Virus record (IMG/VR): IMGVR_UViG_3300021492_000072
Strand: one strand, 5' to 3'
DNA length: 64,000 bases
DNA from: a virus
Shown in pieces: positions 46,110-55,882 of this stretch. The notes under the pieces were generated by a model. It was not told the DNA's origin, searched no databases, and saw only the letters and a program-made list of their open reading frames with translations. Every line of letters starts with the position of its first letter. Within the stretch, counting starts at the first letter, position 1. The translations under genes and the position numbers were made by a program.

Positions 46110-46522
46110 GATACACGGTTGAAGTGTTGTATTACTTAAAGGAGATCTACGAACGCGCCCTTCAATCCTTAAATCGGGGGTACCAACTAAACCTAGTAAG
46201 ATCCCCAGTCATCACCACATCGCTCCCCACCCCACACACCGCTCCTGCTAGCTTTATCAAGTACGAAGTACAAAAGACCTCACTTTATGGGTTCTTTGAC
46301 CTTAAGGTCGAGTTTGTACTCACTGTTGCTATAGAACATAATGTAAGTGGTTTCGCAGAAAGGTTCGTTGCTGAAATGAAGCAACGACTCAACGGGCGCC
46401 TTTTCACTCCGCACGTCTATTTCGTGAGAACATCTCTAATGATTGCTGAGTCCTTAAACACATCAGAAAAAACACGGACTTACACACTTACTTGCATATT
46501 CCAGGGGTTTGAAAAAGAATGA
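46106..46522 (+). CDS. Putative tail terminator
   Basis: ATGA overlap at 46106; position before tube gene. Confidence 0.55.
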   Translation: MRYTVEVLYYLKEIYERALQSLNRGYQLNLVRSPVITTSLPTPHTAPASFIKYEVQKTSLYGFFDLKVEFVLTVAIEHNVSGFAERFVAEMKQRLNGRLFTPHVYFVRTSLMIAESLNTSEKTRTYTLTCIFQGFEKE

Positions 46523-46713
46523 AGCAAAATCCACAAACATGGCGGTGTGACAAGTGTGGTGCACTTTTAGGTTTCGTTGACCTTCCTGACGTCTTACGAA
46601 TTAAATACAAAGACGCGTACACCCTAATAAATGTTGTCACAGGAAAGACCGAAGTAAAAGTCGTCTGTCGAAAGTGTGGCTTCATCAACACCAAGATACT
46701 CAAGCTCGCTTGA
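46519..46713 (+). CDS. Mu Com-like zinc-finger protein
   Basis: WRCDKCGALLG ... VCRKCGFIN. Confidence 0.65.
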   Translation: MKQNPQTWRCDKCGALLGFVDLPDVLRIKYKDAYTLINVVTGKTEVKVVCRKCGFINTKILKLA

Positions 46714-46781
46714 CTTTTAGGTCACACTGGTCCATTCAATGTTAGTCTAGGCGGTGACGCTTAGAAACTAATTTCAAGGAG

Positions 46782-47342
46782 GTGAAATGTAGTATGAACG
46801 TTCCCGAGTACACTACCAAACGTTTATCGTTCGGCCCTGGTGTGTTATATCTTGGCGCAGCGGGGGCAACTCCTTCCAGCGATATTGGTGCAGTAAAAAC
46901 AGGAGCTGTACTAACCATCACTAGAGACAAGTTAGAAGTGAAACAAGGGTCGCCCGCACAGCTGATCCAGCAGTGGGTTATCAGTGAGTCTGTAAAATTA
47001 GAGGTTCATGGGATGGAATGGAACCTTGAAAACCTGAAGTACGCGATTGGAGCTGGAATCATCAAAACTGTATCGGGTGGCAAGACATTAGAGTTAGGTG
47101 GTACTATGAGTATCGAGGAGTGCGCGCTCGAATTCGTACACCAAATGCCTGCCGGTGGTACGGTCATAGTTGACATTTGGAAAGCACAAGCGGGTGGTGA
47201 AATCGCAATCACCTTCGGTGATGACCCTCACGAGTTCCCTTATGTGTTTATGGGTTTGAATGCCGCTACTGATTGGGCTGGAAACCCATTAGAGTCAGGA
47301 GCACAATTATGTAAAATCACTTTATTAGGTGACTTTACTTAA
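46782..47342 (+). CDS. Major tail tube protein (likely ATG at 46794)
   Basis: LSFGPGVLY, DIGAxxxG, EWNLENL..A; upstream of chaperone and tape measure. Confidence 0.85.
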   Translation: MKCSMNVPEYTTKRLSFGPGVLYLGAAGATPSSDIGAVKTGAVLTITRDKLEVKQGSPAQLIQQWVISESVKLEVHGMEWNLENLKYAIGAGIIKTVSGGKTLELGGTMSIEECALEFVHQMPAGGTVIVDIWKAQAGGEIAITFGDDPHEFPYVFMGLNAATDWAGNPLESGAQLCKITLLGDFT

Positions 47343-47381
47343 TAGTAATATAAATCCAAAATGACGCCCAGGAGGTGCAAC

Positions 47382-47786
47382 ATGGGACAAAAACCATTTG
47401 AAGAGTATTTAGAGGGTAACAGGAAAGTTAAGCTCTCTTCCGGTAAGGAGGTAGAAGTACCACCCCTTACTTGGGGAAGAGAGCTTAAGATCTACAAAGC
47501 ATTAACTGAAGTCCTCAAGAAACTCGCCGCGCCTGTGGACACTAAAACAGGCGAAGTAACAGCAGTTACTCCTGATCAAATGTACTCGTTTTTGCTGACT
47601 TTTGTGGACGAAGCTACTAACATCGCGGCTCTTGTGTTTGATCAGGACGCTCAATGGGTGACGGAAAACCTCACATCAAGTGATATGACTGAGTTTGTCC
47701 TCCCTTTATCACTAAGCATTTTCAACAAGCTCAGCAAGGGTATGACGGACGCTTTCAACGCTCTCGCGTCGCTAGAGAAGAAGTAG
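47382..47786 (+). CDS. Tail assembly chaperone (G-like)
   Basis: AGGAGGTG SD; position between tube and tape measure. Confidence 0.8.
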   Translation: MGQKPFEEYLEGNRKVKLSSGKEVEVPPLTWGRELKIYKALTEVLKKLAAPVDTKTGEVTAVTPDQMYSFLLTFVDEATNIAALVFDQDAQWVTENLTSSDMTEFVLPLSLSIFNKLSKGMTDAFNALASLEKK

Positions 47787-48031
47787 AGAAGATAATTGCT
47801 GATATTGTTGACTTCTTGTGTTCTGAATACGGTTGGACACCGGATCAGGTCTTCAACTTGACACGAGCCACAGTTTCCGCTCTATTAGAATCAGCCATGA
47901 AAAGGAAGAAGGAGGAGTATAAGTTTTATGCGAGCTGTGCGGGGGCTAAGTTGCAAGAGGAGATTACTACCTCTGAGGACCTACTACGTCAAGTGAAGCA
48001 GTCGGGGATACCGTTTGAGGTGAGGAAGTAA
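47702..48031 (+). CDS. Tail assembly chaperone -1 frameshift extension (GT-like)
   Basis: Slippery heptamer C-CCT-TTA at 47702-47708; -1 frame open 47693-48031, containing EYGWTPDQVFNLT. Confidence 0.75.
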   Translation, partial: PFITKHFQQAQQGYDGRFQRSRVAREEVEKIIADIVDFLCSEYGWTPDQVFNLTRATVSALLESAMKRKKEEYKFYASCAGAKLQEEITTSEDLLRQVKQSGIPFEVRK

Positions 48032-51000
48032 TGCCGGAAGAATACGTTGTTGAAGTAAAACTAGAAAACGAAGAAAGTCTGGCTGACCTTACTCGTGCGT
48101 TCAACGAAGTTAACGCTGAATTAAACCGCCTCAACGCCTCGCTTACCCGATTTCAAAAGGCAGTGAGTGCACAAAGCAGTGAACTCCAGAAGTCAGTGAA
48201 ACAGTCTACACAGCTAGCATCGTCAAGCCGACAGGTTACTAAAGAAGTCGAAAACCAAGCATCAGCTCTGACGTGGGTGAAAAGAGTGTTTATCGGAGTC
48301 GCCGGCGCTGTTGCTGCGGTTACCGTCGCGTATCGACATCACGAAAGGATTCAGAGCATCCTCTACAAGCTCGATCAACGTCGGTATCTCCTCGCGCTGG
48401 CACTCGCGAAAGGCCTTACCGAATATGGAAAACAACACAGAACTGTTGCGAATATTCTCACGGCATTTGGTGCTACCTTATCGAGTTTGATAAGAACTAC
48501 CTACAACTACGTGAGTGGATCTTATGGGGCAAAGGCGGCTGTTACTTCGTTTGGGAAAACTGTGAAGGCCTCAGCTGCTATTGTGGCTTCTGAATTACGC
48601 CGAGCTCCGGTTGATTGGTTAAAGTTAGTTAAAAACAGCTTCACAGAGTCATCTGGGTTGATTAAGAATTTTTTGGCATCTACCTCTGCGTCAGTAGTTG
48701 AGACAACAGGTGTGTTACTCCTCGGGGTTTCAAAAGGTGTAACTATGTCCTTGAAGATGATTTCAAACCAAGTTCTACCTTCAGTTGCACTGCAGTTTAA
48801 AAATGCGTTATCGAGCGCTCAAGTGCGCTTCGTTGAAGTTGCAAAAAGCTCCTCGGTGTTGAAAGCAGCACTTTTGTCATTAGGAACCTTGGCGAAAAAC
48901 ATGGGAACGCTTTTCGTTAATTTAGGTTTGGATCTCAGGAATACATTTGAGACAGGTGTTATGGTATCATCTATGTATTTCGATATCTTTGATATTTCAC
49001 TGAAAAAAACAACTAACTTGGTCAGAAGTTTTAGCACAACTGTAATGGGGGTTGCTAAAACATTAGCGGCACCACTTGCTGCTCTCGTTACTCCTCTCGT
49101 CGACCTTCCAAGCGCGATAAGCCCAAGCTTTCGGGCAGCAGTGACTCGATTTAAGCAATTTGAGTCCGCAACTTGGGCTCTGGCCCGAACTACTTATGAA
49201 GCTTCAAGAGAGTCATCCTCCGCACTGAGGAGCTTTGCTGCCGCATCTAAGGTCTACTTAACTGAACACTTGGCTGTTGTGAAGGACACTTTAGCTACGT
49301 CAGCGAAAAGCTTTAAAATTTGGTTAAGTTCGTTAGGGATTGGTAAAAGAGAAGTCCCCCTATTGTTGAAACCCTTCACTCTACTACTTGGTTCTTTAGC
49401 TATTATGTCTGGGAGGTTGCTAAAGCTTGTACCGTCGTTCAGGAACTTTGGGAATGTTGTGGAGAGCGCTGGGTGGGCTCTGAACAGAGCAAGTTCGTTC
49501 ACGCGTGTCTATGGTTCTGTCGTGACCAATCTTGATCGTGGGTTGACTGAAGTAACAGGAACTACTAAGTCTGTAACGAGGAGTTTTGGTGACGTAACAG
49601 CTGCGACTATCAAACAAAAAGTGGGTGTTATGGGTTTACTTGGTAGCCTTGGTGAGTTGGTGGCCCACTACTTTTTGGTATATCAATGGCATCTAACCAT
49701 TGCTCATGCGCTCGAAGGACTCGCTCACCTTCTAGTACATGTTGGACAAACCTGGGTTGCGTCGCTTCATCATGCGTTTGAAGTTAGTGTTGAATTCCTC
49801 CGCACCGAGTTAGATTTAATCCGTGCGACTCAACGGTACCAGGAACTCACCAAAGACATGTCTAGATCAACAAAAGAATGGGTCGATTGGGCAGACAAGC
49901 TCGCCATCTCCCTCGGCAAGGATATTGCTCCAATGAGACGTGTCACTGGTGTACTGCTCGACTACGCTGCCGTGTATGGTTTAACCAGAAGTGAAACTGA
50001 ACGTTTCATAAAGTTGATGATCGATGTGTCTACTTATCTAGGGACTGATGTATTCATGGCAATGCGGCACGTTCGTGGCGCCCTAGCTGGACTCAGTTTG
50101 TCTGCTATGTATTTAGGTATCCAAGTAGAAGCACTGAAGGAGAGGGCTAAACATTACGAAGAGCAATTACGAAAAACAGGTGTAGCAGCGGGTGTTGACA
50201 TAAAGCAGAAGGCTATGCTGTTAGCGTTGATGGATGAACTGAACTTTGTACAAGGAATGACTAACAAGTTAATGGATACTGGGTATGGTGCTGTTCATAG
50301 ATACAGAGTTGCCCAACAGGCACTCGCGAACGCGATTGGTGAAGCCGCCTCACCTGCGATGAGTTCCCTGTACAACATGATGACAAGAGCCATTGAAGGT
50401 GTGTTTGGGTTAGGTAGTGGATTTATGAGGGCGTATGTTGGTGTGAAAGCCTTCTTAGGTGTCGCGTTTCAAGTTGTAGGTACTGCAGCAGTTATGGCTG
50501 CTAAAGTATTGGTCCTGATGGAAACCCTACGCATGCTAGAAATAGTTCTCACGTTTGTCAATAAATCTCTCTACACCCTACCAATAGCGTCTGTTCCATT
50601 CTTACGTTCAATCATACGAATGGAGGGTGAAACAGTTAAATTCAAAAACCTTTGGGTTGTTGCTGGCAACACAATACGCTTTGTAGCCCGTTTAGTGGTC
50701 GGTGAGATAAAGGGCCTTGTAACTAGTGGGACCGCAATGTTGGCCCAACTTACAACCAAGGCCATTAGTACTATGAAAGCGTTCCTAACTGTAAAGTTTC
50801 CTACGTTCGCAGTTGCAGCTCTCTATGGTGAACGTTTCACTCGTACCATCGCTGCACAAAGAACAGTTGCTGCAAGACTGACCGAAACGTTAAAGGCAGT
50901 AGGAAGAGCTAATCTTGAGACTGGTACACACATGGTTGCGTGTGCAACAAGTGCTATATGGCTTAAAAGTAACATAGCCTCCTGCATCACAAAGCTCCAA

Positions 51001-54000
51001 GACTTCGGGAAAGCATCAGAACGTGTAGGAAGGTCGATTCTATTTATGCGTCTCCCCGCACTCGCTAGTAGCTTCAAAGACCTGTCTGTATCAGTAGCAG
51101 CTGCTGGTGTCAGTGCGGTCCGGTGGATGACCAGAGCTCATACACCCGTAACGAAATATGCGGATACAGTAGCTGAAGCGGTGAGACGGACGCATGGAAT
51201 GGAGGCGGCGGCGCGCGCTTGGGGTGGCGCTTTTTTACAAGCGATAGGCCTTGTGAAGCTATCGGAAACAAGGTTCGCTGGTTTGTTAGGAAGGTTCCGC
51301 AGGCTAATAACTTTCATCTCAAATATTGGAATTGGTACACTTGGTGCTCTTGGTGAGAAGTTTAAGCTTCTTTGGTCAATAGTTCGCACTGTAGGAGTGA
51401 GGTTCTATCTCATTACTGCGGTTGTACTTGGTACCTTCAAGGCTTTTGGAAATCTGATCAGGGCGATCTCGGAGACGTTTGGTGTGACTATTAGGTTAGT
51501 CCCAGTAATCAAAGCAGTCGGTGCTCTTTTATACGACATTATAAAGCCTATTATCTGGTTAGGGAAACTGGCGGTCAATGTCGTTGCTAGTGTGTTAACC
51601 GAAGCGTTTGCCGGATTAGCACTAACCATAGGGCTTACTCTTAAGCTCTTAGAAAAACTTCCTTTCATAGGAGGTAAGGTGAAGGGCTTAGGAGACAAAT
51701 TCGTTGAGCTATCGTTCCGCTTAGATGAGATGGCGAAAGGAGCGGGTGAGTCGACGAAGCAGACACGTGATCTCCGTAAGGAAGTAGAGAGTTTACTTAC
51801 AACCTTAGAGACCCGCGCCAGGGAAAGAGGGTTAAACTTAGCTGTCGCTGAGTCTTATAAGGTGCTGATTGAGAGGGCGATTGATTACAAGTACGCATTG
51901 GAAGCTGAACGGAAGCTCAGAGAGGACTTGGAAGAAGCGAAGGAAAAAGGCCTCTTGACCGATAAGGGGTTACGGGCACAAAGAGAACACCTCCAAAAAG
52001 TTACCTTAGAAGCAAATTCAGCGGAAAACAAGTTTAAGAAAGCTATCGAGGAGTCAACAAAAGCTACGAAGACCGAGCTCGATCAAGTAAAGACCTTAGG
52101 TAACGCTTACATAGAACATCTTCGTGTACACAAAGGGATAGAACCGGCTCTAAAGAACCAAGTCACACTTTACAGCCTGATCAGTAAGGTTCAAGAAGAC
52201 CAAGCTCGTGTAATGTCAGGAAGTACGCTGGCTGCGCGAGATCTCGCGGGTGACTTTGACCAACTAGCGGATCTTTTCTCTGAGTGGGCGTCCACAGCCG
52301 ACAGCGAAGCAAAGCCCGCACTAGAAGCGCAAGCGGCACATCTAAAAGCCCTGGCAGAGAAGCTACGAGAGGTGGGCGGAAGCTTAGAGGAGCACCCTGA
52401 GTTACTAAAAGAGCTCACAGATGCTTACACAAAGAGCGCCGCTGCAGCAGGGGTACTCACCTCTGAATCCAGTAAGCTAAAGCTGCAACAGGAATTACTA
52501 AAGAAAGCTATAGAAGACGCAGCTAAAGCACCTCTTTTGAAACCAGAAGCCCCAGAAGAATTTGCGAAACGACTCGCAAGAGTTGTTGCCATAGAAAAGG
52601 AACTTCGGGAGATCCGTGAGAAAGGATTCAAAGAGCTTCAAATCCAGGCCGCACTAGGTGTGGACACGCTCGACGAGCAGATCAGACGTGAGGTAGAGCT
52701 CACTAAGAAGATTCGAGAGAAGCTCGACGCCCTAAGAGAAGGCTCCGAGGTGTATGAGGAAACCTTCCGTCAATATCGTTCACATATCGAAAAAGTGGTT
52801 TCACTACAAACTCAGTTCATTAGTCAAGTTGCTAGATCGTCAGAGGTATACCTTAGTGGACTAAGGAGTGCACGTGAGTTTGAAGTACAGCGACTTGAGT
52901 TACTAAGGAGAGGCTCAGCAGAGTACGAGGCGGCTCATGCTAGAAGGAAAGCACTAGACACAGAATATATAGGAAGCCTCGACCGAATAATTAGTGCTTA
53001 CGAGAGGCTCGCGACATCTGCTGTTGTTGCACCTCGCGCGAGACAAGCCGCGTTGGAGCAACTTCGCTCAATGCATACTAGCATCATCCAACAGGTTCGT
53101 ACCTTACAACTAGAGTATCTCAGAGCACAGAAGAATGTAGAAAAAATGCGAGACGCGTTCGAAGTTATGCAGATGGAGTTCAGGCACGACATCGAAGACA
53201 TGGTAAATGCTCACGCGTCAGCGGAAGACAGAAAACGTATGGCTTCTGAGCGTGCAACAGAATATATGAGGAAGGCATGGGATCTCTACTACAAAGGTAA
53301 TTACGAAGCCGCGGAGAGTCTCGCTCGAAAAGCCATACCTCTATATAAACAGATGGCCGAAGCGGCGGCTGAAGAAGCAAGAGAAACGTGGAAGGGTACA
53401 AAAATAGTTAAGGAGAAAGAAGACGAAGCACGTGAAGAGGGTGCCCGTAAGGTAAAAGAGGTTCATGATTTCATACTAATGCTCGCTGACAAACGCATCG
53501 AGAAGGAAAAAGAGGAAGCCGCAAATATAAAAGAGACGATGGAAAAGATGACTAAGTTGCTAGAAGACCATAAAGCCGCTTTTGAAGCATCAGAGGAGTG
53601 GGCAACTCGGTATTACACTAAGTTAGAAGAAAGAGTATCTTCATTGATCAAGAAGCTGAAAGAACTGCCCAGAGAAATACACGTGAAGATTATCGTTGAA
53701 GAAAGCCGTCACGTGGGTGGACTTATTGGTAAATATCTACGTCGTCAGTTTGGTGGATTGGTTCCTGGCACAGGCAAAGGAGATATTGTGCCCGCATTGT
53801 TAGAGCCAGGAGAGTATGTAATACCAACACGTGTAGTAGAAAGATTAGGGGTGTCCTTTTTTGAATCATTACGTAAGAACACCCCCTTAGCCCCTCCTCC
53901 AGTCGTTCGGATGCAAGAAGGAGGGCTTGTACCAGAACCTGCGGCTGAACGAGTAGTACGACTCGACTTTAGGGTAGGTTCTGAAACGTATCCGCTTAGG

Positions 54001-54072
54001 GGGAGGCCAGATGTGGTTGATGGTTTAGTTAAAGCGTTGAAAAGGAAAGCGTTAGTAGGTGCAAACGCATGA
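48031..54072 (+). CDS. Tape measure protein
   Basis: 2013 aa, Ala/Leu helical, TM segments, coiled coil, C-terminal GGLVPG.G.GDIVPALLEPGEYVI. Confidence 0.92.
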   Translation: MPEEYVVEVKLENEESLADLTRAFNEVNAELNRLNASLTRFQKAVSAQSSELQKSVKQSTQLASSSRQVTKEVENQASALTWVKRVFIGVAGAVAAVTVAYRHHERIQSILYKLDQRRYLLALALAKGLTEYGKQHRTVANILTAFGATLSSLIRTTYNYVSGSYGAKAAVTSFGKTVKASAAIVASELRRAPVDWLKLVKNSFTESSGLIKNFLASTSASVVETTGVLLLGVSKGVTMSLKMISNQVLPSVALQFKNALSSAQVRFVEVAKSSSVLKAALLSLGTLAKNMGTLFVNLGLDLRNTFETGVMVSSMYFDIFDISLKKTTNLVRSFSTTVMGVAKTLAAPLAALVTPLVDLPSAISPSFRAAVTRFKQFESATWALARTTYEASRESSSALRSFAAASKVYLTEHLAVVKDTLATSAKSFKIWLSSLGIGKREVPLLLKPFTLLLGSLAIMSGRLLKLVPSFRNFGNVVESAGWALNRASSFTRVYGSVVTNLDRGLTEVTGTTKSVTRSFGDVTAATIKQKVGVMGLLGSLGELVAHYFLVYQWHLTIAHALEGLAHLLVHVGQTWVASLHHAFEVSVEFLRTELDLIRATQRYQELTKDMSRSTKEWVDWADKLAISLGKDIAPMRRVTGVLLDYAAVYGLTRSETERFIKLMIDVSTYLGTDVFMAMRHVRGALAGLSLSAMYLGIQVEALKERAKHYEEQLRKTGVAAGVDIKQKAMLLALMDELNFVQGMTNKLMDTGYGAVHRYRVAQQALANAIGEAASPAMSSLYNMMTRAIEGVFGLGSGFMRAYVGVKAFLGVAFQVVGTAAVMAAKVLVLMETLRMLEIVLTFVNKSLYTLPIASVPFLRSIIRMEGETVKFKNLWVVAGNTIRFVARLVVGEIKGLVTSGTAMLAQLTTKAISTMKAFLTVKFPTFAVAALYGERFTRTIAAQRTVAARLTETLKAVGRANLETGTHMVACATSAIWLKSNIASCITKLQDFGKASERVGRSILFMRLPALASSFKDLSVSVAAAGVSAVRWMTRAHTPVTKYADTVAEAVRRTHGMEAAARAWGGAFLQAIGLVKLSETRFAGLLGRFRRLITFISNIGIGTLGALGEKFKLLWSIVRTVGVRFYLITAVVLGTFKAFGNLIRAISETFGVTIRLVPVIKAVGALLYDIIKPIIWLGKLAVNVVASVLTEAFAGLALTIGLTLKLLEKLPFIGGKVKGLGDKFVELSFRLDEMAKGAGESTKQTRDLRKEVESLLTTLETRARERGLNLAVAESYKVLIERAIDYKYALEAERKLREDLEEAKEKGLLTDKGLRAQREHLQKVTLEANSAENKFKKAIEESTKATKTELDQVKTLGNAYIEHLRVHKGIEPALKNQVTLYSLISKVQEDQARVMSGSTLAARDLAGDFDQLADLFSEWASTADSEAKPALEAQAAHLKALAEKLREVGGSLEEHPELLKELTDAYTKSAAAAGVLTSESSKLKLQQELLKKAIEDAAKAPLLKPEAPEEFAKRLARVVAIEKELREIREKGFKELQIQAALGVDTLDEQIRREVELTKKIREKLDALREGSEVYEETFRQYRSHIEKVVSLQTQFISQVARSSEVYLSGLRSAREFEVQRLELLRRGSAEYEAAHARRKALDTEYIGSLDRIISAYERLATSAVVAPRARQAALEQLRSMHTSIIQQVRTLQLEYLRAQKNVEKMRDAFEVMQMEFRHDIEDMVNAHASAEDRKRMASERATEYMRKAWDLYYKGNYEAAESLARKAIPLYKQMAEAAAEEARETWKGTKIVKEKEDEAREEGARKVKEVHDFILMLADKRIEKEKEEAANIKETMEKMTKLLEDHKAAFEASEEWATRYYTKLEERVSSLIKKLKELPREIHVKIIVEESRHVGGLIGKYLRRQFGGLVPGTGKGDIVPALLEPGEYVIPTRVVERLGVSFFESLRKNTPLAPPPVVRMQEGGLVPEPAAERVVRLDFRVGSETYPLRGRPDVVDGLVKALKRKALVGANA

Positions 54073-54455
54073 GTTTAAAATTTGAGTTAGCGGGAATTGA
54101 GTTACCTGATATGTTTTGGGTTGATGAAAAAATGGTCTACGAAGTAGTAGGGTCTGTTGACAGAACCTTGGGGGGCACGGAAATCGTGTGGGAACAGACT
54201 CTGACTGGTGGGAGGCCGATTACATTAACAACAAAATTAGGAGAATGGAGGCTATCAACGTTTACTGAGGATCAACTCGATGAAATCCTTGAACTGGCAC
54301 GGGTCCCCAACACCACCTACAACCTAACTCACGATGGGAGCACTTACAGGGTTCGTTTCGCTCACGAAGACCCCCCATGCGTTGAGACGAATCGAATCTA
54401 CCCTAGTGGACTGTACGACGTTATAATAAAACTACGTGAAGTAAAGCAGCTTTAG
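54069..54455 (+). CDS. Distal-tail-like protein
   Basis: Immediately after tape measure; LPDMFWVDE, RTLGG, GRPITL. Confidence 0.7.
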   Translation: MSLKFELAGIELPDMFWVDEKMVYEVVGSVDRTLGGTEIVWEQTLTGGRPITLTTKLGEWRLSTFTEDQLDEILELARVPNTTYNLTHDGSTYRVRFAHEDPPCVETNRIYPSGLYDVIIKLREVKQL

Positions 54456-54465
54456 GAGGTGAAAT

Positions 54466-55869
54466 ATGGCTGTAACAAGAGACGATTTGGCATTTGTGAA
54501 AAGCGCAACTGTTACAGATACAGACAACAATGGTGGGCGAAAGAGTTACATCGAGGTACCAAACCGCGCTCGGTTTAATCTATTCCCTCGCGTAACACGT
54601 CCTGAGAGGATGAATGGTAAAACTAGATATCGTAAGGAGTTTTTATGGAACAAAAATGCATCGAATGAAATTGCGTATGGTGTGTTAGCTTACATCTTAT
54701 ACCCCAGTCCAGCAGGTGACAGGTTTTATCTAGCTGAGGGAACACAGACAGACACACAAGGAGATATTGATAGCAGCTATAAATGGTGTGGTGGGGGCGC
54801 GTTACACTCAGACGTAACTGCCGGTGCGACTCAAATCTCGGTTGAGTTCGAAAGTGATGACTTCCATATCGCAAATGGAATGACTATCGCGATCAATAGT
54901 CACTTCCTAGTCGGTCAAACGATCATGTCTGGTGTAAGAGCGTTCGATGCAGTAAAGTTTGATTCTGTACAAGGTATGTGGGTAAAAGAATCCGCGCCCG
55001 ACGCGGACTCTGAAGACGTATACCCATATGGGACGTACTTAGGAGATAATAAAGTATTCAGTTACAATGACAATGGGGAATTGGAGTACCTTACTGTCGC
55101 AAATGATGAATACACAGGTGAGGTCATTGGTACTGGGGATGGTAACACAAAGGAATTCACCGACACACTAGAACACCCACCTATTGAGCTAAACACAGTC
55201 ACAGTGTACTTCACCATTGATGGAGCTACTTATTCTGGGTCCGCCGACGAGAACGGAAACATTTCAGGGGCATACATTTCGTCTGGTTCTGTAAACGCAA
55301 CTGGGCTTATTAACCTTACCTTCACTACAGCCCCCGACAATGGAACAAACATAACCTGCAATTACACTAAACGAGCTTACTCTTGGAGTGGTAATGTCTG
55401 TACTATTGATCTTATGTTTCCAGTCGCAAATGATTATCTCGCATCAAATACTTATGTGGGTGTTTGTGTGGCTGTTGGAGATATTAAACCATCTATCTCC
55501 GATGTCACAGTGAACTCCGCTAATGGAACCTTCGATTACACACTAGTAACCGAGGACAATCGCGGCACGGTAGAAGACGATTGGACTATAACTTTTACTA
55601 GTTCAACTGAGTTCACTTGTTCAGGAGCTAACGAGGGGAGTGTTGGCTCAGGGAACATCACTTCAAGCTTTAGTCCAACAAACCCAAACACAGGTCAGCC
55701 CTACTTTACAATTCCTCCGTCTGTGTGGGGAGGTGCTTGGACATCGGGGGATACTGTTACTTTCAAAACCCACCCCGCAGCTGCTCCGTTGTGGTGGAAG
55801 GAAGTAGTTCCAGCTGGAACTGGGCCTTATAGCGATAATGGTGTGATGTTAGAAGTTTATGTAGAGTAG
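54466..55869 (+). CDS. Tail/baseplate structural protein
   Basis: NLFPRV..ER..G.TRYRK; inserted IG.GDG...F module shared with the next gene. Confidence 0.75.
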   Translation: MAVTRDDLAFVKSATVTDTDNNGGRKSYIEVPNRARFNLFPRVTRPERMNGKTRYRKEFLWNKNASNEIAYGVLAYILYPSPAGDRFYLAEGTQTDTQGDIDSSYKWCGGGALHSDVTAGATQISVEFESDDFHIANGMTIAINSHFLVGQTIMSGVRAFDAVKFDSVQGMWVKESAPDADSEDVYPYGTYLGDNKVFSYNDNGELEYLTVANDEYTGEVIGTGDGNTKEFTDTLEHPPIELNTVTVYFTIDGATYSGSADENGNISGAYISSGSVNATGLINLTFTTAPDNGTNITCNYTKRAYSWSGNVCTIDLMFPVANDYLASNTYVGVCVAVGDIKPSISDVTVNSANGTFDYTLVTEDNRGTVEDDWTITFTSSTEFTCSGANEGSVGSGNITSSFSPTNPNTGQPYFTIPPSVWGGAWTSGDTVTFKTHPAAAPLWWKEVVPAGTGPYSDNGVMLEVYVE

Positions 55870-55882
55870 GAGGCCAACCTCA

